42,379 nucleotides of DNA from Octopus bimaculoides (lineage: Eukaryota), in NCBI RefSeq assembly GCF_001194135.2, contig NC_068993.1, positions 57,203,392 through 57,245,770 on the forward strand, read 5' to 3'. Of this stretch, positions 37,370-42,379 are shown piece by piece. The notes under the pieces are model-generated. The model worked only from the letters and a program-made list of their open reading frames with translations, was not told where the DNA came from and did no database searches. Position 1 is the first letter of the stretch. Each line of letters begins with the position of its first letter. The position numbers and the translations under genes were made by a program.

Positions 37370-37760
37370 GCTTCCCTGTGTCCAGCAAGTAGGCTTGACG
37401 AAATTCTCGTATTTCCAGACCGTTCTTCGATGCCGTTAGTCCGTCTTGGGCGACCTCTTGCTCTCTTGGTCTTAACATTTCCTGTTAGGATGCTATGTTC
37501 AAAGTACGTAAGATTTGCGGACTAGTTGCTCGGCAATAAGTATCTTTTGGACTTAAAGCTTTTTGTAGGTCTGCAGCATTTGATATCCTGTTTTCCAGCT
37601 TATGCTGCAAAATCTACAGAAGGTCCACATTATTACAATCTTTTACATTCCTTTGCATTGCTCAAATTTCTGCCCTGTACAGGAGAAATGGCATTATATA
37701 AAAGTTTAGTAGCCTTAACTATAGATGAAATCACCTCTTTTAAAGTGTAGATCTTTTTTG
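37370..37760 (-). mobile_element. RTE-clade LINE 3' ORF fragment, degenerate
   Basis: Minus-strand motifs LLYRAEI (LLYGxETW), MWTFCRFCSISW (EMWxxRRxLRISW) and EHSILTGNVKTKRARGRPR (GKRxRGRPR). Confidence 0.78.
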
Positions 37761-37847
37761 ATCTTATAAAAGTTATCTTAGCCTTATTTACTCATTGAGG
37801 AAATTCTACACAGTGACTTCTGTTCAACCATCATTATATTATATATA

Positions 37848-37910
37848 TAACGCTCAGGAATTGAGAAAGTCTTTAACGTTTCGAGCCTACGCTCTTCCAT
37901 AGAAAGGAAC
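37848..37910 (-). mobile_element. Probable Penelope-like element terminal fragment (duplicated at 38076-38134)
   Basis: Minus strand GGAAGAGCGTAGGCTCGAAACGTTAAAGACTTTC resembles the ...GAAGA..CTCGAAACG terminal motif of Penelope-like elements; no coding remnant seen. Confidence 0.45.
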
Positions 37911-38224
37911 ACAGAAAGAAACAAGGAGAGAAAAAATATGTGTAGTGGTCAACGATCTGTCATGGCGAATGCCGGAGAGAAGGGTCACACAGGAGGGGGT
38001 ATATATATATATNNNNNNNNNNNNNNNNNNNNNNNNNNNNNNNNNNNNNNNNNNNNNNTTATATATTATATATATAACGCTCAGGAATTGAGAAAGTCTT
38101 TAACGTTTCGAGCCTACGCTCTTCCATAGAAAGGAACACAGAAAGAAACAAGGAGAGAAAAAATATGTGTAGTGGTCAACGATCTGTCATGGCGAATGCC
38201 GGAGAGAAGGGTCACACAGGAGGG

Positions 38225-38260
<36 letters not shown>

Positions 38261-38846
38261 GGTATGTCCGTGAGTGCGTCGATATGTATGTATATGCATA
38301 TCTGCACATGTGTTAGCTAATATGTGTGCCCGCTCAGTGGATTTGCATAGCATGTTTAGCTTTATTATTAGTAAATATTTGTCTCCCATGTTTAAATGAG
38401 TTATGTATGTGAGAATATATGCTTATATGTGTTGTGTATATGTATCTTCATAGCAAAGGTATCTACATTGCTTGCCTCATACAATAATAGGTAAGATTTA
38501 GAAAATTCATTCATTAGACTTCCTCTTGAAAGTGCTGTTCAGCTCGACTTGAATAAATAGTTTGAAGGTATTTCATACACACACACACCCACGTCCCCAC
38601 ACACGTCCCCACACATACATACACACGAATAATCTACAAACAAATACGTAATCACACATGACCGTCGCACGTCTGTACGTCTCTATATGTATGTATGTCT
38701 CTGTCTGATTTTGTGTTACTGTGACTGTGTGAGTTTGCAGGAGTGTGTCCGTGTGTGAGCGTGTAACTCTACCTCAAAGAAACCAAATTGTATTGACGAA
38801 CATATATATATATATATATACACACATTTATGTAATGAATATTTAC

Positions 38847-38930
38847 GGATATGTTTCCGATGCCCTGATGCAATTTTTATATCGGAAATTGCGGAACCCT
38901 TTCGTGGAGAGAATGTCTCTCAAGAGAATT
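38847..38930 (-). CDS. Candidate symmetric 84-nt exon (ILLRDILSTKGFRNFRYKNCIRASETY)
   Basis: Acceptor cgtacatttcgatcctAG, donor TCC|GTAAAT, only phase 2 open. Confidence 0.27.
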
Positions 38931-39486
38931 CTAGGATCGAAATGTACGCAATTACATCTTTACGCTAACTTATATAAATATATATTGATTCACGTTAGCC
39001 ATAATATTATTTTAAACAATCAAATTACAGGCAGTTAAGCCCATAAAGTTGTATATATGAGCGTGTGATTTGTCATGCATTAACCTGAAAGAAGCATAAT
39101 TATATCGATACCGATAAAAACTTCGATTTTAATCCTAATTTATAAATAAGTGTCGATTTATTTTCAGTTCAATTCGTTTACATTAGGCTTTTTTCTTTAT
39201 ATCGTTCTTCTCGTTTTATCTTGGATATATTACGCACAAATGTATTTTCGGACTATTTGACGAGTACTACGCAAACACACTCATATATATATACTATATT
39301 TATGTTCATGCATAAATGCATGTGTACACACACGGACACACATGGACACACACACACACACACACACACACGGACACACCCACATACCTATCTATCTATC
39401 TATATATATCAATCTCGTTATCCATACATATATTACATACATGTATATATACATAAACACACTTGCACACACACACATACACACAC

Positions 39487-39521
<35 letters not shown>

Positions 39522-40199
39522 NNNNNNNNNNNNNNNNNNNNNNNNNNNNNNNNNNNNNNNNNNNNNNNNNNNNNNNNNNNNNNNNNNNNNNNNNNNNNNN
39601 NTATACAAGTCAGTAAATAGTGGGGTTGTGTTAACCGCACGTGGAGAAATAATAGGAAAATAAAAATAAGGCAGAATGCTAAACTGAAAGCATATTTTAA
39701 TATAGACTTCTAACAGGCTTTCATTGCATAGCAAATTTTCAAGAAGAGGGAGAATGAAAATGTCTTTTACAAAAAAGTGAAAAATAATATAAGGAAAAGT
39801 AATATATAAAAATATAAACATACCAATACATTATATTGTCTTTGAGCTTTTAAAGTTCAATGATAATCCATGTAGATAATAGTTGGAAAAATAAGGATGC
39901 ATGAAAATTGAGAGTTGTTTTAGGTTTAAAAAAAGAGAAAAAGGGGCTAAACGTAGCCTACCGATGCTTAACCGCTTGGCCTATTGTTTATACTATAATT
40001 GCTAGGAATGGTATTAATAATCTACTGGGGGCATGTGATTTACGATTCTATTACGGTTATACGTGCAAAACGTCTAGAGTAGAGAGAAGGCTACGAATAA
40101 GGGTATGTACTGGTCATTCGGTCAGTTCTTATCACGCATTGGAAGGAAGAGTTCCAAATCCCTTTGTACATTTCAGAATTGACGTAAGAACAGAGAAAG

Positions 40200-40690
40200 T
40201 AAATCTGAATCCTTGCGAATGAGTGGGATCTCGCAGAAGCAACCCCAAGGCGATATATTGGCGTTCGATATCGTTACAGATTGAATCAATTCCCGGCAAA
40301 CAGGAACGTTCTCTTGAACGGAATTTTCGCTTCGTTTCCGACTATAAAATTTAGAATCGAAGGCTTTGGCTGACTCGAGGCGATAATAGTGGAAAATATT
40401 ATAAGCTGCTATGCAATGTGACTGAACCGGAAATGCCGAAACTGTGGAAAGCGCTAATGACATATTAAAGTCTTCCGGGAGCCAAATTATCTTCAAGCCA
40501 CGCACTTTTGTGGCATGTAGTAGAGAATCATTGGGTATTGTAGTGAGGGTTAGAGAGACCTGATTCCACGATCGCCAGCGAGGCAATTTTCCGTGGCTCG
40601 CTCGAGCATGGCGGCGAACACGGAAGACCCAGGATCAGATCTCGGTGTTAATATTCGATCATGTGTTTGTTCGATGATCGCTTACCTGGA
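40200..40690. promoter_or_regulatory. CpG-island-like region, probable gene 5' end
   Basis: About 30 CpGs in ~490 bp by manual count against an AT-rich background; ETS-like ACCGGAAAT at ~40426; CATGGCGGCG (YY1-like/start context) at 40607. Confidence 0.5.
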
Positions 40691-40702
40691 TGTAAACAAC
40701 AG
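40608..40702 (+). CDS. Candidate first coding exon (MAANTEDPGSDLGVNIRSCVCSMIAYLDVNN)
   Basis: AGCATGGCGGCG start context in the CpG-rich region, open to donor CAG|GTAGAG (alternative donor GAT|GTAAAC). Confidence 0.33.
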
Positions 40703-40719
40703 GTAGAGAGGAATGTGAA

Positions 40720-41100
40720 GCGTTAAAGACGAGAAGAAAAGAGTTAAAGAGAAAGTATAAAAAGCATAAAGAACAAGAGGAAGAATTTGATATAAATAGA
40801 AAGATAAAGAGGTAGAGCTTGCAAGCGATTGAGAGAGAGAAGGAGTAAGGTGAAGAGAGAAAGGGAGAGAGAGACTGACAGGGAAAGACAGAGAGAGAGC
40901 GAGAGAGGAGAGAGAGGGAGAAAGAGATAGAGAGAGATAGAGAGTGAGAAAACGAGAGAGAGAGGAAGAGGGAGACAGAGGGAAAAGAGAGACAGAGAGA
41001 AAGAGAGACAGAGAGCGAGAGAAGAAGAGAGAGTGTGACAAAGAAAGAAAGAGAGAGAGAGAGAGAGAGAGCGCGGAAGAAAGAGAGAGAAAAGAAGAGA
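40720..41100 (+). repeat. Long GA-rich polypurine tract
   Basis: Seen directly; source of the Leu/Ser-rich and Arg/Glu-rich ORFs. Confidence 0.93.
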
Positions 41101-41207
41101 TAACAATTAGCAAAGAGTTTGGGTTAAAAAGGAGAAAAAATAAAAAGACAGAAATGTATGATAGAAAACAAGACAGATGGCGACTTTGGAAGGAAGTGAG
41201 AACGAAA

Positions 41208-41256
<49 letters not shown>

Positions 41257-41702
41257 CCATATGTACAGAGAGAGAGAGAGGAAGACATACTATGAAACTG
41301 CGAGGCAAATAAACGCCACACATACAGCCAGACAGATGCATATTGTTAAAAATACCACTGAAGGAGAGAAATAATATACGAGTGTGAGTGAATGTGTAAA
41401 AGTGTATGTGTGTGTATGTGTGCTTGCACGTCTATGTATGTGTTTGTGTGCGTTTACATATTTGCATATGCACTCCACGAAATCTAAAGCAATTTTGTTA
41501 AAAGCCAACAAAGTATGGTTTTTGTTAATATTTTTAAATGAGATTAAGTTAGCTCTTCAGATTTTACAGTTTTGAATGTGACGTTAACCATTAATTGAAG
41601 TATCGCTCGTGTATGTGTATATGATATGTGTGTGTATGAGAATACGCACATATATTTATACAAATAGTAATGTATATACACATATATATTATATATATAT
41701 GC

Positions 41703-41705
<3 letters not shown>

Positions 41706-41792
<87 letters not shown>
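41706..41792. repeat. (TA)n microsatellite (representative of many TA/CA/TG/TATG arrays in the window)
   Basis: Seen directly. Confidence 0.98.
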
Positions 41793-41796
<4 letters not shown>

Positions 41797-42379
41797 ACAC
41801 ATACATATATTGTTTTTCATACATATTTTGTACTATATCTATGCACATACAAATTCACGCATGTACAAAAGGTGTGTCTATGTATGTATGTATGTATGTA
41901 TGTATGTATGTGTGTGTATTAATGTATGTATGTATGTATGTATGTGTGCGTATTAATGTATGTATGTATGTATGTATGTGTGTGTATTAATGTATGTATG
42001 TATGTATGTATGTATGTGTGCATCAGTGAATACATATATATATATATATGTGTGTGTGTATGTGTCTGTCTGTTTGAGTTCGTCTGTGTCTCTCGGTGTC
42101 CGTAAGTGTGTACTTTGGCGTGCAGTCGTGAATCTACATTATTTTATGGTGTTTGTCTGAACACTAAGTCTTGCGGTATGTTTGAGGCATCTGAGAATAT
42201 AGAATTTGTGTACATCGACGCACTTGTGTACGTCTGTTTTTCTATAATGTGTGACTATGTAGACACTTGAACAAATATATAAGTACTAATACATAAAACA
42301 ATATATTACATTTTTATATCGATGTCATATATATTTTATATATGTATTTATATATGTATTTATATATATATATATATAT

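Noticed and set aside
37835-38250. ~180-bp direct duplication around a 46-N gap
   Set aside because: Identical copies bounded by TA repeats and a gap; likely an uncollapsed allele or overlap. It is also not a CRISPR-type repeat, as there are no spacers.

Overview
This is eukaryotic, AT-rich draft-assembly DNA. About 5 kb (~12%) is N gaps, most of them flanked by microsatellites. The interspersed repeats match the tRNA-derived SINEs I recognise from Octopus genomes, so I infer an octopod cephalopod. The window is dominated by di-, tri-, tetra- and pentanucleotide microsatellites, four SINE-like families, degenerate non-LTR retrotransposon fragments (Dong/R4, two RTE pieces, a probable Penelope terminus) and two adjacent non-autonomous DNA transposons (mariner, hAT). 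Nearly all ORFs in the supplied track are artefacts of microsatellites or N runs. I could not recognise any protein-coding gene by homology, and I found no tRNA/rRNA gene, CRISPR array or prokaryotic-type system. Leads worth checking are: a perfect 29-bp hairpin at 21.4 kb; a CpG-rich, possibly bidirectional gene start at 40.2-40.7 kb; a candidate minus-strand multi-exon orphan gene at 0.6-3.6 kb; scattered short exon candidates; closely spaced inverted repeats that could form ADAR substrates; and a hammerhead-like fold in the Penelope-like fragment. All exon calls are manual and low confidence.
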